DNA from: the human T2T-CHM13v2.0 reference genome, Homo sapiens
Direction: 5' to 3' (one strand)
Length of the DNA: 64,000 bases
Assembly: GCF_009914755.1 (NCBI RefSeq)
Contig: NC_060934.1
Shown in pieces: positions 43,291 to 61,160 of the stretch (its first letter is position 1; each line of letters opens with the position of its first letter). The position numbers were made by a program, and so were the translations under genes. The notes under the pieces are model-generated. The model was not told the origin of the DNA and did not search any database. It saw only the letters and a list, made by a program, of their open reading frames with translations.

Positions 43291-45073
43291 ACTAAATAAT
43301 TCATTTAGTATGGGAGAGTGTGAGGAAACAGAAAATTAAAAAAAAAATAGACCAGCAATAATGTCACTTTTTCATGAATTTGTTAGTTCTTTCTGAGCTC
43401 CACTTACAGTTACTTTCCCATTCTTCCCTGCACACCGTCAACACATAAGGACTCAAATTAAGATGATGTATATGTTTACACTCCAAAATTTTTAAAGAAA
43501 AAGGAGAGAGAGAAAAAAAAGTAAAAGAAAAGAAACCCAAAAGGGAAAATAGCTAAGGTGAACTGGTGAGTTTCTACTCAGATTTCTTATTATTGAGTAT
43601 GATGTATTTTGTTTTCTTAACTTATGTATAATGAAAATGGAAGAGAAGAATTATAAATCATAGTTCATTTTTATGATTAGTACATAAATAAAATTTGAGT
43701 CTTTCTTGGCATCCATTACTTTATCTTAAAAACACAGAGTATTTACTTTTTGTGTGGCAAAGGAGGCCTAATGGGGAACCTTGACCTTCATCTCAACTTG
43801 ACAGTAAAACGGTGTTCCTTCCTTCCCCTTTTGCTTGCCATGTGTCTGAAAAAGACTAGTAGCAAGAATATATAAAGAACTTTCAAAACTTAAGAGTGAA
43901 CAAAGTCAAATTAGAAAGTGGGCAAAAGACATGAATATACATTTCACTGAAAAGAATATATGTTTGGAAAATCAGAGCATGAAAAGATGTCAACATCATT
44001 AGCCATTAGGGAATGAAAAATTAGAACCCCAATGGGATTTCAATATATGCCCAATGGAATAGTTACAATAAAAAATAATGACAACATTGAGTGCTAGCAA
44101 GGCTGCAAAGAAACTACATAACTGCTGCATGGTTGATGGGAATGTAAAATAACAAAGCCATTCTCTGTAACAATTTGGTACTTTCTTTAAAAAGCAAACA
44201 AACAGTTTAACAGGCAATGACTTTATGACTCAGTGATTTCACTCCTGGGCATTTACAGCAGAGTAATTTTTAAAAACCACGTTAATTCAAAAACTTTACA
44301 CAAATATTCAGAACAGCTTTATTTTTAATAACCCCAAACTGGAAACGACCCAGACATTTTTGAAGGAGTGAATAAGTTTAAACAAAATGTATTACATTCA
44401 TGCAATGAAGCACTACTTAGCAACAAAAAGAAGCAAGTTATTGATATAGACAACAACTTCCATACATTTTCAGAGAATTATGCTGAGTAAATAAATCTGA
44501 CCACAAAAGATTATATGATGTAGAATTTCCCTTGTAGAACATTACTGAAGTGACAAAATTATGAGAATGGAGGAAAGATTAATGGTTATCAAGGGTTAAA
44601 GATGAGGTGAAAAAGAGGAAAATAGATGTGGCTAGGAAAGAACAACATGAGGGATTCCATGGTAATGGAAATATTCTGTATGTTGACTATATCAATCTCC
44701 ACATATTGGTTATGATATTGTACTATACTTTTGCAAGATGTTACCACTGGGAGAACTGAGATAAGGTTACAAGAAATCTCTCTATATTATTTCTTATAAC
44801 TGTAAGTAAATCTACAATTATATCAAAATTTAAAGGTTATTTTAAAAAGAGAGTTCTTAAATTAATAATTCATTCTCCCAACCTTAGAAATTAGAAAAGG
44901 AAGACTAAACTGAGCACAAAGCAAGAAAAACAAAGAAATAATACAGATTAGAGCAGAAATCAATCAAATAGAAAATAAAACAAAAAACAATAAAGAAATT
45001 TAAAGATCCAAAGTTTGAATCTTTGAAAAGATAAACAAAATTGAGAAATACTTAGATGATGAATAATAAAAAA

Positions 45074-45385
45074 GGCCGGGCATGGTGGCTTACGCCTGTA
45101 ATCCCAATACTTTGGGAGGCCGAGGCAGGTGGATCACTTGAGGCCAGGAGTTCGTGACTAGCCTGGCCAACGTGGTGAAACCCCATCTCTACTAAAAATA
45201 CAAAAATTAGCCAGGCATGGTGGCGGGTGCTTGTAATCCCAGCTACTCAGGAGGCTGAGGCAGAATTACTTGAACCCAGGAGGCGGAGGTTACAGTGAAC
45301 CCACATCCTGCCATTGCACTCCAGCCTAGGCGACAGCAGCAAAACTCTGTCTCAAAAAAGAAAAAAAAAAAAGAAAGAAAAAAAA
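45074..45385 (+). mobile_element. AluS, full length
   Basis: ggccgggcatggtggcttacgcctgtaatccc... with an A-rich tail. Confidence 0.96.
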
Positions 45386-46301
45386 ATAATGTGTTGATTA
45401 CCAAAATCAAGAACAAAGGTTACTACTACCAATCCTCCCCCATCTCATCCAAATATATGAATTATAAGGGAAATACTATGAAACACTTTGTGACCACAAA
45501 TTATACAACTTATATTTAAGGTAGAAAGTCTTAAAAATATATAAATTACCACAGCTGAAATAAAAATGAATAGAAAATCTGAATAAACATGTCAAATTAG
45601 CAATTAAAAGTCTTTCATAAGGAAATATACAGGACCACATGACTTCACTGGTAAGTTATTTCGCATATTCAATGAAGAAATGATACACATACTCAGAAAA
45701 TAGAAAAAGAGAGAAACTTCCCAATTCATGTTATAAGGCCTATATTCAAAAGCAAAAATGAAAAAAGAAAGAAAGAAAAAGAAATTTTTAAAAACAAAAA
45801 AATAAAAATTAAATTACAGATCAATATACCTCACAGATATAGACACAAAAATCTCCAATAAAATATTATCAAACTAAATTCAACCGTATATAAAAATGAT
45901 TGCACTCCATGACTAAGTGAAATTAATCCCAGAAATGCAAGACTGTTTTTGTATTTTAAATACAAAATGTAATGTAATATACTATGTTATAAAATGAACT
46001 AAAATGAAATGATTATCTCAATGATGCAGGAAAAGGATTTGACAGAATCTAATGTGAATTAATAAAAAAAATAGAATGGAAATTCTTCAACCTGATAGAG
46101 GACATCAACAACAACAACAACCAAAAACACTACATTTTACAGCATAGCTAATGGTGAAAGACTGGATATTTGCCCCTCAAAATTGGCGACGTGCCAAAGA
46201 TGTCTATAAAGTTTACTCTCCCTAATTCTATCCAATATTGCACTGGAAGTTATAGTCAATACAATGAAGAATACATCAATAAAGCCATCAGGAAATGGAA
46301 G

Positions 46302-46606
46302 TGGCTGGGCTCAATAGCTCAGGCCTGTAATCCCAGTGCCTTGGGAGGCCAAGTCAGGAGACTTACTTGAGGCTAGGAGTTTAGAACCAGCCTGGGCAAC
46401 AAAGACAGATCCTCTTCTCTATGAATTTATTTATTTTTTTTAAATTAGCCAGGCATGGTGGCATTCACCTCTCAGTCCTAGGTACTCAGGACGTTGAGGC
46501 AGGAAGATCACTTGAGCCAGGAGTTCAAGGTTGCAGTGAACTATGATTGCAAGCTACTACACTCCAGCCTGGTAGATAGAGAAAGAGACTCTATCTCTTA
46601 AAAAAA
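46302..46606 (+). mobile_element. AluJ
   Basis: ggctgggctcaatagctcaggcctgtaatcccag...gcaggaagatcacttgagccaggagttcaaggttgcagtgaactatgattg (J-type diagnostics). Confidence 0.9.
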
Positions 46607-48674
46607 TTAAGAAAATAATTATATTCACAATACTATACAAATAAACCCTTGGAAATACATTTAGCAAAATATGTGTAAGAATTGTATGCTGAAAACTAAT
46701 AATCTAAGCAAATGGAAAATCATTCCATGCTCATGGATTGGGAGACCTACTCTTGTTTTTCTAGTAATTCTCCCATCATAGATCTATAGATTTAATACTA
46801 TTGTTACCATACATTAGCCATATTATATGAACATAAATATTTCATTTGTGAGCCTCATATCTAATTATTTGTTATTTACATATAATTATTTTAATATAAG
46901 CTCTTTGAAAAGCACTTTAAAAATGGTTCCCTGAGACCTTGGCTTTCAAGTTCTAATTAAACTATTCAATATGAACTAGAAAATTTAGTAAACAAAATGT
47001 CATCTTCCGCCTCGTTATCTTTTTATTTGGAAAACTATGTTAGACTCCAAGGTATTCACTCCTTACTTCAATGTAGCAGAAGTAACCAGTTTAATTGTTC
47101 AGAACCTGACATTTATTTAATCATGTCTTCTTAGTGTTCAGGTTTAGTGTCTTCAATGACTGGATGCCAATCTGCTTCCTTTTTGACTTTCCTAGGCTCG
47201 GATTCATCAGATTCTCTACTTGCGTCATTTGCAATGGAAAGACCCTCCCACAGGGTAGAGGTTATTCATTCTCTATCTCTCTCTCTCTCCACCACAATTT
47301 TTGCCAAGAGCAAGTCAGGTTTTTGGTCAAGCTAGGTTTTTACTGCATGCTTTCCTTCAACTAAGTGTGAAAGAAATCTATTAAATAATATTTAATTTGG
47401 TCTCAAATGTGAACCATACTCTCCAACCTAGTATTTCTACCAAATAACCATGAACTGAAATTTACTTCATAGTTTTGACCTTCATAAATTGTTTGTTTCC
47501 CCATTTATCTCCAATTCCTATATGTTTTTAAATTATTGATATCAACTCTGGAGAAAAGAATAAGTCTTACACCCGGCATAACAACAGGTACAATTAAAGA
47601 AGTATGTTCCTTAACATGAGAAGAATGTTAACCCATTTCAATCACAAGTATTTGATTTTTCCATGAGTAACACTATGCTATGCATTGTGGAGTTTACAGA
47701 AGAGTTGAGATATGATCCTGACTTCGTGGTACATAATTTCATTTGATAGGGCAAGGCATATGTAATTCAGTAAAGATATAGATGTTACTGATGTACATGA
47801 GAGCCTTGTGGGCTGAGTTCCCTTATAGAAGTGGAGTTTGTGCAATCTTGAAAATGGGTAGCATCTGGATAAGAAAAGAATCAATCAAGTAAGAGAAATG
47901 TCCCCAAATTGCTTCCACAATGTTAGAACAGCTTCCTTCAGAAAAAGCTACATAGACATTTAAATTTAAAATTATAGCATCTTACAAACAAATATATAAA
48001 TACCATTTACTTTTATGTCTAATACATTTAGAGAAAGTATCTAAGTCAATGTTAAAAATTCTATTTCAAATCCTCGCATGCATCTCCTTTCACTAATTAA
48101 ATAATAGTGAACTGTGTTTTGAAATCATCAGACACTTCAAAATTAGTTTTCTTTTCAAATAATGCAATGTAGTAAAATGTGGACTTGCAAAGTTCTTATT
48201 TTACTGTGATTCTTCTATGAAAATAATGTAGAACTATTTAAAATTTTTCCTTAAATTTTCCACAAGTGTAAAGTAGGTAAAACACCACAAGCAATATTTG
48301 ATGAATTATTACAATGTATTACATGTCTTTTACTTAATATGAGTTATACACTGAGAACTTTTTTTTTCACAATAATTCTCCGAGATGAAGATAAAGTGGA
48401 TGAAAACTGGAAGTAAAGATGTATTCACCCTACAAGACTTAATAGTGAGACTGTGCTTAACTCAAGATTGCGTTGGCCAAGGGATTAAAGAGGCAGAGGA
48501 GAAACTGCTTCCAATGTTGTTTCCCAATAAATCAATAAAACTTGTCAGGGGTTTTCACCCAAGGAGAGAGTAACACTAATCTCTATCTTCATGTATACAT
48601 TTTTTCCAGGCTTTTGGAGCTTGTCAATGATTCCCAAACTTGGCTTTATATTAGACTCACCCAGAGACCCATTA

Positions 48675-48869
<195 letters not shown>

Positions 48870-49339
48870 TTAGAATTTTTGAAGGTAGGATTGAGGCAGT
48901 GCTACTAAAAGCAAAGACAAAAAGAAGCAAGCAAGCAAACCACTTGATTCTAATATGGAACAAAGGTTGAGAATCACCAGATAGAAAAAGAAAACAAATT
49001 CATCAATACTGATCGTCTATTACCTTTAAATAACCTAGATCTCAAGAGATCCCAATATACAAAAGCTTTGGCTAGGACCTGAGAATCTATTATAATTAGC
49101 ATTTTCATTAATCTTAATATCTCACTCATATCATGCACAAAATTCAATGTAAGATGGATCACAGACCTAAATATGAATGCTAAAGCTTCTAGAAGAATAC
49201 TTTGAGGAACATCATAATGATCTTGGGTGAGATAAATAATGATTTTTTTTCTAGAGCACAAAATGTATTAAACATAAAATAAAAATTGTGTTAATGTCTT
49301 TACTATATTAAACTTATATTCATTTATTCAAAAAAACCT

Positions 49340-51230
<1,891 letters not shown>

Positions 51231-52865
51231 GGTAATGCACCTCCAAAATTTTTTATTAGGGCTATAATTAAATTTATATTTTTCTTTATAAAAATGCATG
51301 ATGTATCACATTATATTTGAATATTTTTCTAATAGAAGACCTTATGGCTTAAAATTGAGTATTCTGTTTAATACTTATCATAAATTTATAATTTAATAAG
51401 TGATTTATAACTGCACAATAACATTACAACAATTTTATGTTTGGGTAAAATTGTCTTTATTTTAAATTTAAGTAGTACAGCAACTTTACATGGCTTACCT
51501 AAACCACACAATTATTAAGTGATATAATTGGGACTCTAATCCAGGGCTGTTTCTAAGTAATATGTTCATTTTTCTTCAAATTGATAACTTGAATACATCT
51601 TTTGAAAAAATTTTTATTAATTTTTTTAATTTAATTAATTAAGATACTCTCAAATTATTGACGATTATGTGGTTCTTATAACACTAGATGGGTTAAAGTC
51701 ATACTTTTGACTTCTATTATTTATGTGATTTTATGTGATCTTGGCCATTCAGCCTTTTTTTGGTAAAAAGGGAATGATAATATCTCTCAAGAGTATTGCA
51801 AGATTTAAATGAAATTAAATGTGTTGAAAGCTTCTTTAAGAAATGTACAGAGTGCATAGAAGAATCTCAATTTTTATAAGTTTCTCAATTTTCCCTTTAC
51901 ATTTTCATTCTTATTGTCATCTGTCTCTCACTGATGCTGCTGCTTCTCATGTCGCCCCCTAAGTGCAGACTAGTTCTCACCCTCAGTGCTCTAACCACTG
52001 CCTCTAGAAGTAAAATAAGTGTCCTCTTGCAGAATACTTCTACTTCCTTCTCCTCAAACCCCTCCAGCTTGGAATCTCATACTATTTGATTATATTGATC
52101 ACTCTCCCAATGTTTAGTCACTTTCCCTCATTCTTTGCAGTCTTTACAACCTGACTTAACTGCCATTATTTTGATGTCTCATTTAAATTACTTATCTTCT
52201 TTGACATTTGACCTCATCATTTCCAATGTACTTGCTATCTTCAGTATCTAGCTATTCAATCTCATGATCTCAGCTCAAACCACGTTATTACTCCTAATTG
52301 CAAATTTTTACAATCTAACTTTTAAGTCTCCTGCCTTCCGAACATTAACTTCTATCTTTCTAGTTCATTCCATTTACTACAACTTCAAAAATACTGTGAC
52401 TCATCCTGGATCTACAATCTCATACAATATACAATACAGTCCTTATACAATTCTCAATCCAGTTTTCTCCACACATCCTTTACTTCTCAGCAAACCCACC
52501 TTCAAAACATTTAAATAATTTTTACTACTGCTGTTATCCACCCAGGCCAAGCCAAAATCATGTCTCATCTGAATTTTTATCCCCCTTCCTGCTTCTGCAT
52601 TGGCCCTCACCCTCAGTCTATTCTCAATACCCAAGCAAGAATATAACATAGTATCATGGAGATCATGCCACTCTGCTCATTCACTTTTAAGGACTTCTAA
52701 TTCCACTCTGGGTCATTATTGTACAGATTATACAGCTCTACTCATGCTCCCCACCAGGCACACCTCTTTGATCACAGCCCTGTTGCTCTTCCCCTCATGC
52801 CTCTGTTCTAGTTTTGCTGTACCCAACACTTCCTGGTGCTCTTTGGGCAGGCTGGGAATTGTCTC

Positions 52866-53240
52866 TGTGTTAGCCCATTCGAGCAGCTATAACAAAATAC
52901 CATAGACTAAGTAGCTTATAAATGACAGAAATTTATTTTTCACAGTTCTGGAAGCTAAGTCCCAGATCAAAGTGCTCACATATTCCATATATGATGAGGC
53001 CCTATTTCCTAGTTCATAGACCCATCTTCTTCTTCACATGGTGGAGTCGTCATATGGTGGAAGGGACAAACCAACCCCCTCAGGCATCCTTTATAAAGGC
53101 ACCAATCTCCTTCATGAAGGCTCTGTATTCATGACATAATCACCTTCCAAAGACCTTAACTTTTAATAGTATCATACTGTGAATTACATTTCAACCTATG
53201 AATTTGGAGGGGGGTGGTTGTCAACATTCAGACCATAGCA
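52866..53240 (-). mobile_element. MaLR LTR (MLT1A/MST-like)
   Basis: gctataacaaaataccatagact...aacattcagaccatagca. Confidence 0.85.
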
Positions 53241-53327
53241 CTCTCACATTAGATGCTTTGTACATGGTTTCTCTGACTGAAAACACCTGTCTTCAAGTTC
53301 CCCCCTGAATTGTTTCCTTATCTCCTG

Positions 53328-53704
53328 GATTAGTTCCTTCTCATGCTGCTAATAAAAACATATCCTAGACTGGGTAATTTATAAAGGAAAGAGATTTAAT
53401 TGAGTCACAGTTCTGCACAGCTGGTGAGACCTCAGGAAACTTACAGCCATGGTGGAAGGGGAAGCAACACATCCTTCTTCACGTGGTGGCAGCAAGGAGA
53501 AGTGCCAAGCAAAATGGGGGAAAAAACCCTGATAAAACCCTCAGAGAACATGAGAATTCATTCATATCACAAGAATAGCAGCGTGGAGGTAACTGCCCCC
53601 ATGATTCAATTGTCTCCCACCAGGTCCCTCCCATGACATGTGGGGATTATGGGAACTACCATTCAAGCTTTAGATTTAGTGGGGGACCCAGTCAAACCAT
53701 ATCA
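53328..53704 (-). mobile_element. THE1 LTR (THE1B/C-like)
   Basis: ctcatgctgctaataaaaacatatcctagactgggtaatttataaaggaaagag...aaaccatatca. Confidence 0.9.
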
Positions 53705-55359
53705 CCTTCTTCAAGTCTTTCACTCAAATGCTACTGTCTCCGTCATGCCTTCCTTATTTCCCTACTTAAAATTATATCTCCTCCTCGTGTTCTTTATTTG
53801 CTTTGTCTGCTTTACTTTCCTCCATAGCACTTAGCAACACTTAACATATTATGTAGTTTAATTATTTATGTTGTTACACATCTCCTTCCAAGAGAATGTA
53901 AGCTCCAAAAAGGCATATTTTTCTTTATTTTCTTTTTTTCACTGCTATATCCGCAGTGTCTACAATACAATGTGGTACAAGGTAGGAGCTTAATGTGAAT
54001 GAATGAATGTTAGTCGTATTACCTTTTAAATTTACCTTATTTTTTAATTTTCTACATTTTCCACATTCCTTCATCCTTTCCACCTTCCTACATCCTGTGG
54101 GATGTGCATACAGAAAGCAGCAACATTAAGGTAAAAAGTTCAACCTTTGGATTAATATTTAAATCTTGAGACAGTTTTGCTTTTCTGTTGCCTTTAGCAA
54201 AACCACATTCCTGCTGCTGTCAGTTATGATGCACTGAGAAAACTTCAGAGACCTAAACTTTTTCCAGAGAAGAGAAGCTTTACTGGTGTTCCAGCCCTAA
54301 GATGAGACCAGCTAATGCATCCTGGTTTATATTTTATTTTGTCGCCTTTATTCGCTTTCTCTTTATTTTTCTTTTCTTCTTTCTTACATTGTATTTCTGT
54401 TTGGAAAAGACCATGTACAAACAGAGTAATATGTGGATCCATGCCTATCCATCTTAGTATAATCATGTATTCATTGTGCTTTGTTGTATACATTTGGTAC
54501 GTATTCTAAATATGGACATATGCTATGTATCATAATGTACATAACCATTTCTCTATTGATAGACTGTTACAGTATTTTCAATTTCTGATAACAGCAAAAA
54601 TGATCCTTCAGTTGCTATCATCAGTATTTATTTGTACATATCAATGATCATTTTAGAGGATTAAAAACAGAAGAAGAATTTTTAGGGAAACCATGTATAG
54701 TTAAAATGTGTATATACTTTTCACATTTTCATAGATAAAGAGCATCCCTATTTTTTTCCCCACTAACAACAAGACAAGATGGCTGGAGAAAAATAAATCA
54801 CCAAATATCATAAAGATACTTGCATGTTTTATAAGTAATTAATAACTACTTTCTCATAACAGTAAAAACTATTTTGTTTTGTATGAGAGGATTTTTCTCT
54901 CTAAGTTTTAAAAAATCATTACATACAAATATATCACATCAAACCCAAAAGCCATTGCTAGCACACTGGTTCCTGTCTTAATATTAAGTATGAGATAAAA
55001 GGCCTTTATCTTCCAGAAAGTTGTTCATAACATGCCAAATATGTGAACACCCAATAGTCAAAGGACATTATCTCTATGATGTAATTTTGAAAGTTGGTAA
55101 AATAATTGTTTATCAATTTCATCCTACAAGCACACAATTTAAACCATTCTTTTAAAGTGGATTTTAGAAGATTGGAATAGGGAGTTATAGAAGTCAATCC
55201 CTCCACAAAAACTGCCATTAAACTGGAAAAAAAAAGAATTAACCTTTTTGGAACTCTGGATCCTAATCAGATAAATAACAACCATTAGTAGACTGCTTGA
55301 TGCTATTGGCCTTTAGTAAGAAAATGGCTGTATGCACACACCAGATACTATCACTCATT

Positions 55360-56524
<1,165 letters not shown>

Positions 56525-57412
56525 GAGTTGAAGTACTTTTTCTGGAACAAAGAAACTTAGCATAAATAGTTAAAATAGTAAGAATTGTAATTAAGGGAAA
56601 TTTCAGCTCAATATGACTTCAACAGTTTTAAAAATGTATTATTTCACATAAGACCATGGAGAGAGGAATTGGAAGCCCCAGAATTGATTGGGTCAGAAAT
56701 TGAAAATGATATTATCAGTGACCCAGGTTTGAATGTCTCTCCCCACAGCATTGACTTCACTAATGGATGTGACCTGGTTGGCAGCAGCAGCTTGCACAAC
56801 ATGCTTGTTTGCAGTGAGTAGTAGAGAGAAGGTTTTGCTTTCCCAGAAACTCTGAAAAAGGTCATCAAACCTAAATTTCCTTAGCCTTTTTCTTCCATGA
56901 GCAAATCACTAGCAGATGACTGCTAGCAAGGTGTTACTATTACAATGAACCCCTAAGTGTCAGAGAAAGAGTTAGTTTGGGGAAATATCCTCTCCACCAC
57001 AATCTTAGTCATTGAAGTCAATTTAACAATATATTGAAATATTTTTCTTAGAAGTTTAAAGTTCCATTAAAGAGTAGCAATTACAGAAATTATAGGTAGC
57101 CTTTAGTTCTACAAGTGACATTTCAAAAGGGAGATGATTCATCAATTTCAAACTTTGCCTGCAAATAATACTGGATGAAAATTAACTTGGCAAACATAAT
57201 TAATAATCATGGGTTATTAATTACTTCTGCAAGGTGGGTGTGCTGATTTTAAAAGGCTTGAATAAAACATAAATTTCCTTAATTTATACTGTAAATGGAG
57301 TAATTTGGTGATGTAAATGGTAATATGTAAGTGACTTCTGCTTCAGATCTTACAACTTAAAATATTTTTCTAAAATTAGTTTTTGTACCATCTCTCCAGC
57401 ATGTTCCAGCCT

Positions 57413-57790
57413 TTATCAGTCAGTCCAGGCTTCTATAACAAAATATCATGGACTGAATTGCTTACACAACAGACATTTCTCACAATTGTAGAAGCTGGAA
57501 AGTGCAAGATTAAGGTGCTAGCAAATTTGTTTCCTGGTGAGGGTCCTCTTCCCGGCTTGCTGTATCCTCACATAGCAGATAGAGAGAGAAAGAGAGAGAG
57601 AGAGAGCACTCTATAGACTCTCTTCCTGTTCTTCTAAGGACACTAATTCCATTGATGAGGGCCCTACGCTCATGACTTAGTCTAAACCTAATTAATTCTC
57701 AAAGGCCTCACTTCCCAACACTGTCACATTGTGGGGTAGGGCTTTAACATATGAAATTTGAGGGAAAAGGAATGTTCAGTCTAGAACAAA
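57413..57790 (-). mobile_element. MLT1A0-like MaLR LTR
   Basis: ggcttctataacaaaatatcatggactg...gggctttaacatatgaaatttg...ttcagtctagaaca. Confidence 0.8.
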
Positions 57791-58014
57791 GCCCCATACA
57801 TTTCAAAAAGCTGTGGGACAGGAGGGAATGGGGATGGTATTCAATGGTACCACATCCAAGCAAGTCTTGTATGGTTAAAACAAATCAATATAATAACATG
57901 AAATTTTACACAGAAACCTATCTGATTATAAACTGTATGCTTACCATAATCAACACTGATGTACATTGTTTTAAAAATACTTAATAGTGTTCTTTGTTTA
58001 ACCAAATAATAGAG

Positions 58015-58455
58015 GTATTAACTAGTTTCCTAGTGCTGCCAAAAGAAATTGCTACAAAATTTGTGGCTTAAAATAGTAAAAAAAAAAAAAAAATTCTCAA
58101 TTATAGAGGCCAGAAGACCAAAATCAAGGTGGAGGCAGAGCCATACATCCTCTGACGGCTCTAGGGAAGAATGCTTCCTTGCCTCTTCTAGCTTCTGGTG
58201 GCTCGTGGCACTCCTTGGCTTGTGACAGCATAACTCTAACCTTTGTCTCTATCTTCACATGACCTTGCTTGTGTTTCTGTGTCCCAAATACCCATGACGC
58301 ACTCTAAATTCAGGATGATCTCACCCTGAGATCTTTAACTTTATTATATCTGTAAAGCTCCTATTTCAAAATAAGGCGATATTTACAGGTACTGGAATGA
58401 GAGCGGTTCTAGGACTCAGACACACCCTTATGAGGATACTACATGACCCATTACA
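58015..58455 (-). mobile_element. MLT1C-like MaLR LTR
   Basis: tagtttcctagtgctgcc...ggctctagggaagaatgcttccttgcctcttctagcttctggtggct...cccattaca. Confidence 0.8.
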
Positions 58456-60959
58456 AGGCACAAAGTAATTACCATAGGCAAACCGCTGATGAGAGCTCAC
58501 TCCAGTATGGAATATATTCATGTTTCCATATAAGAGAAAAATTCGTCCCTGGTTCAGTTCATCTTGGCATCAGTACATGGGTGGGATTCAGAGACATGTA
58601 GGTGTGGAATACCAGATTCCACCAAACTTAAAAAGCTGGCATACTAAGTTGATAAACAATGTAGAGTGTGAAGTTGAGTTGAGAATGCTTATGCCATACA
58701 GTTTATGTATCTTATAATAGCCTTAATCACACTTCCAGTAACTTTCCCCATCATTGGGTGCTAAAAAATAAAATTAAAGAATTAGAATAAAAAATATATA
58801 TACCTCTTTGAGTGGAAGAATGCTGTCAGCACATTTTGTTATTTTATTCCATTGTATAAAGTCTCGGTAGTGCTCTCTTCATAAATGTATTGAAGGTTTG
58901 GCTAAATTGTATCAAATTTGTGATTAAATACAAATGTGAATAGTATAAAACATTACAAAGGACAATCTGAATACTATGCTATACCAATTTTACAATTTTA
59001 CAATGACTTACAGATGCCATAAATATTTACTTTAAGGGAGTAAAATAAGTTATAAAGTCATATTTAAGAACACCTAAATCCTTGAATAAATTTAAAATGG
59101 TATTATTATTTACGTATGAAGTCAGCTGACTATTGAAAGCTTATTTTTCAATAACAGAAATATATGCATTATCTGAAACACATATTCCAATATTTTCAAG
59201 AAACAAAATACTGAATTAAATTATCTGTATTTAAATGTTTATTTTGGTTATAAAGGTCCATGAAAATGCTTAAAGTTGGTTTATTTGATCTAAAAAGTTA
59301 ATATGCAATTTTTATTTTTAATGTATCATTTTTCCCATTTATTCTTTTCTAAATAACACTTTCATCTTAAGTAGATGACTGAAGAAACAAAATGCTGTTT
59401 TCTTTATGAACTTGTAATACATTTCACTAATAATTAGGATGCTGTTCAAGGTGTTGAAGTGTACAATATAACAAATTGCATTTGCAGTTGAATAGTAGCA
59501 GAGTAGAAGCTGAAATAATAAATCATGTATAAAAGTAGCTTAAAACAGATGATAGCAGAGCAAAGAGTTTCCTGCCAACGCCCTCTAAAAATCGGTCCTT
59601 TTAGGCTTTTGTGCTGGTATTAGGTTTCAGTTATAGACAAGACATATATATATCTGACCTTTTCCTTTCCTTTTCTACACCCTGGGGTCAAAGTCTCCTA
59701 TAAAAGGACATTTGCAGCAAGTATTTTCAGCTGGAGTAGGAGGAAAGGGCAGGAGTAGGAGAGCAGTATGATCACCTCTTGCCAATGCAATTTCACTTGA
59801 TTTGCAACTGGTGTTTAGTAAAGAATTTTGCTATGCAAAAATAGTGTCTTAATTGGATTATTGTAAGACAAAGTATGCATTTTTCATGTCGTATTAGTAT
59901 TTTATTAATAAGACTAGGGAAACCCACTAAATCCCTAAAGTGAATTTGATTCTCCCATAGAAACTTAAATCCTCAGTGTGACACAACTCAGTCCTTCTAC
60001 TGCAGCAGCTCTTTTATAAATGCCTCCCAAAGCTCCAAGAAGGAACAAAGAATGTGACCCAGTAAGATCACACCATGAGTCTATATTGCAGAAACCTTTG
60101 TTCAACAAAACTGCAGATGCTCTGTTGAATCCACTGGAGATTGTTCTGATACTAAGGACAAGTATGTAAGTTAATGATTTTATTTATTTTAACATTTTAA
60201 AATGTTTTCCTTTGGGGAATTCTAATTTATATATCAATATTCAGGTAATATTTGCTGAAAACACAAACAGAGTCAAAATGATCTGCATTCACATTCTCAT
60301 TTTCTATTATAACATAGAGACAACTACTTTATTATCTTTTTAGAAACTTTTGCAACTACTTTAGTTTCTTCCTAATTTTATAAATTAATCTATCTCAAAA
60401 AACTTTGCCCAAAAGACTTAGTAATAGCTGTCAACTTCAGAAAAACTAAAACTTTAAAGATAACTTTTAGAAGGAAAATGAAATACAGAAATAATGTATC
60501 TTATTTACACTTAATTAAAAATAATATGAATTGTCACTATTTCCTATGAAAACATCTCATGCCAAATTTCTTTTATTAAGCTAGGATTTAAAAGATAATT
60601 TAGTTGAAACTGGTAGAATCTTAGTAAAATTATAACAATAAGAAATTTTTATATTATATATAATATAGAATAATCACATTTAATTCCACTTGTTAGTCTA
60701 TTCTGATTCTTTAGCAAGTTGATTCATAATTTGCCAACTTGGGTCAGAAATATTTTCTATTCTTAGCTTTTGCTGTCAGCAGAGATAATAATAATATAGA
60801 ACCTGAACAACAAAGGATTGTGTATTGTTTCAATTTAATTAAAGTTGATTCCCTGCTTTAAGAGAGACTCACATTTTATATATTTTTTTATTAAAAAGAG
60901 AATGTAGATATTTGCTTTTCCAAATTTCCCATAAGATAAAGAAAACATATTTTTTCTTA

Positions 60960-61160
60960 ATTACACCCTTGCTAAGTCACGCTAGCTGCCTGACCTTGGA
61001 CAAAATTCTTAACCTCTTTGTGTCTCATTTTCAATAACTGTGAATTAAAGATGATTATTGTAGTATATTTCTCAAGGGATTGTTGTGGGAATTAAATAAA
61101 ATAATCCTCTAAAATGCTTAGTACAGATTCTGGAACATAATAAGCAGAAAAAATTAATAA
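60960..61160 (+). mobile_element. MIR SINE
   Basis: tgaccttggacaaaattcttaacctctttgtgtctcattttc...gggattgttgtgggaattaaataa. Confidence 0.75.

Larger units (their letters stand above)
43745..46800 (+). mobile_element. Ancient L1M fragments (L1MC/MD-type 3' end and ORF2 pieces)
   Basis: A-rich sense L1 motifs aaagtgggcaaaagacatgaat, tgcaagatgttaccactgggagaactg and attccatgctcatggattggg. Confidence 0.7.
52000..54010 (+). mobile_element. L2 LINE remnant interrupted by MaLR LTRs
   Basis: C/T-rich L2 motifs, agaatgtaagctcc and the terminal (gaat)n repeat at ~53997-54008. Confidence 0.6.

Noticed and set aside
47110-47345. Protein-like minus-strand translation (SRESDESEPRKVKKEADWHPVIED)
   Set aside because: No convincing splice sites, and it resembles a degraded MLT1 LTR start.
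58520-58717. 65-aa ORF as another fossil exon
   Set aside because: It abuts an MLT1C LTR with no clear acceptor or phase link, so support is insufficient. It is still worth including in the tblastn test.
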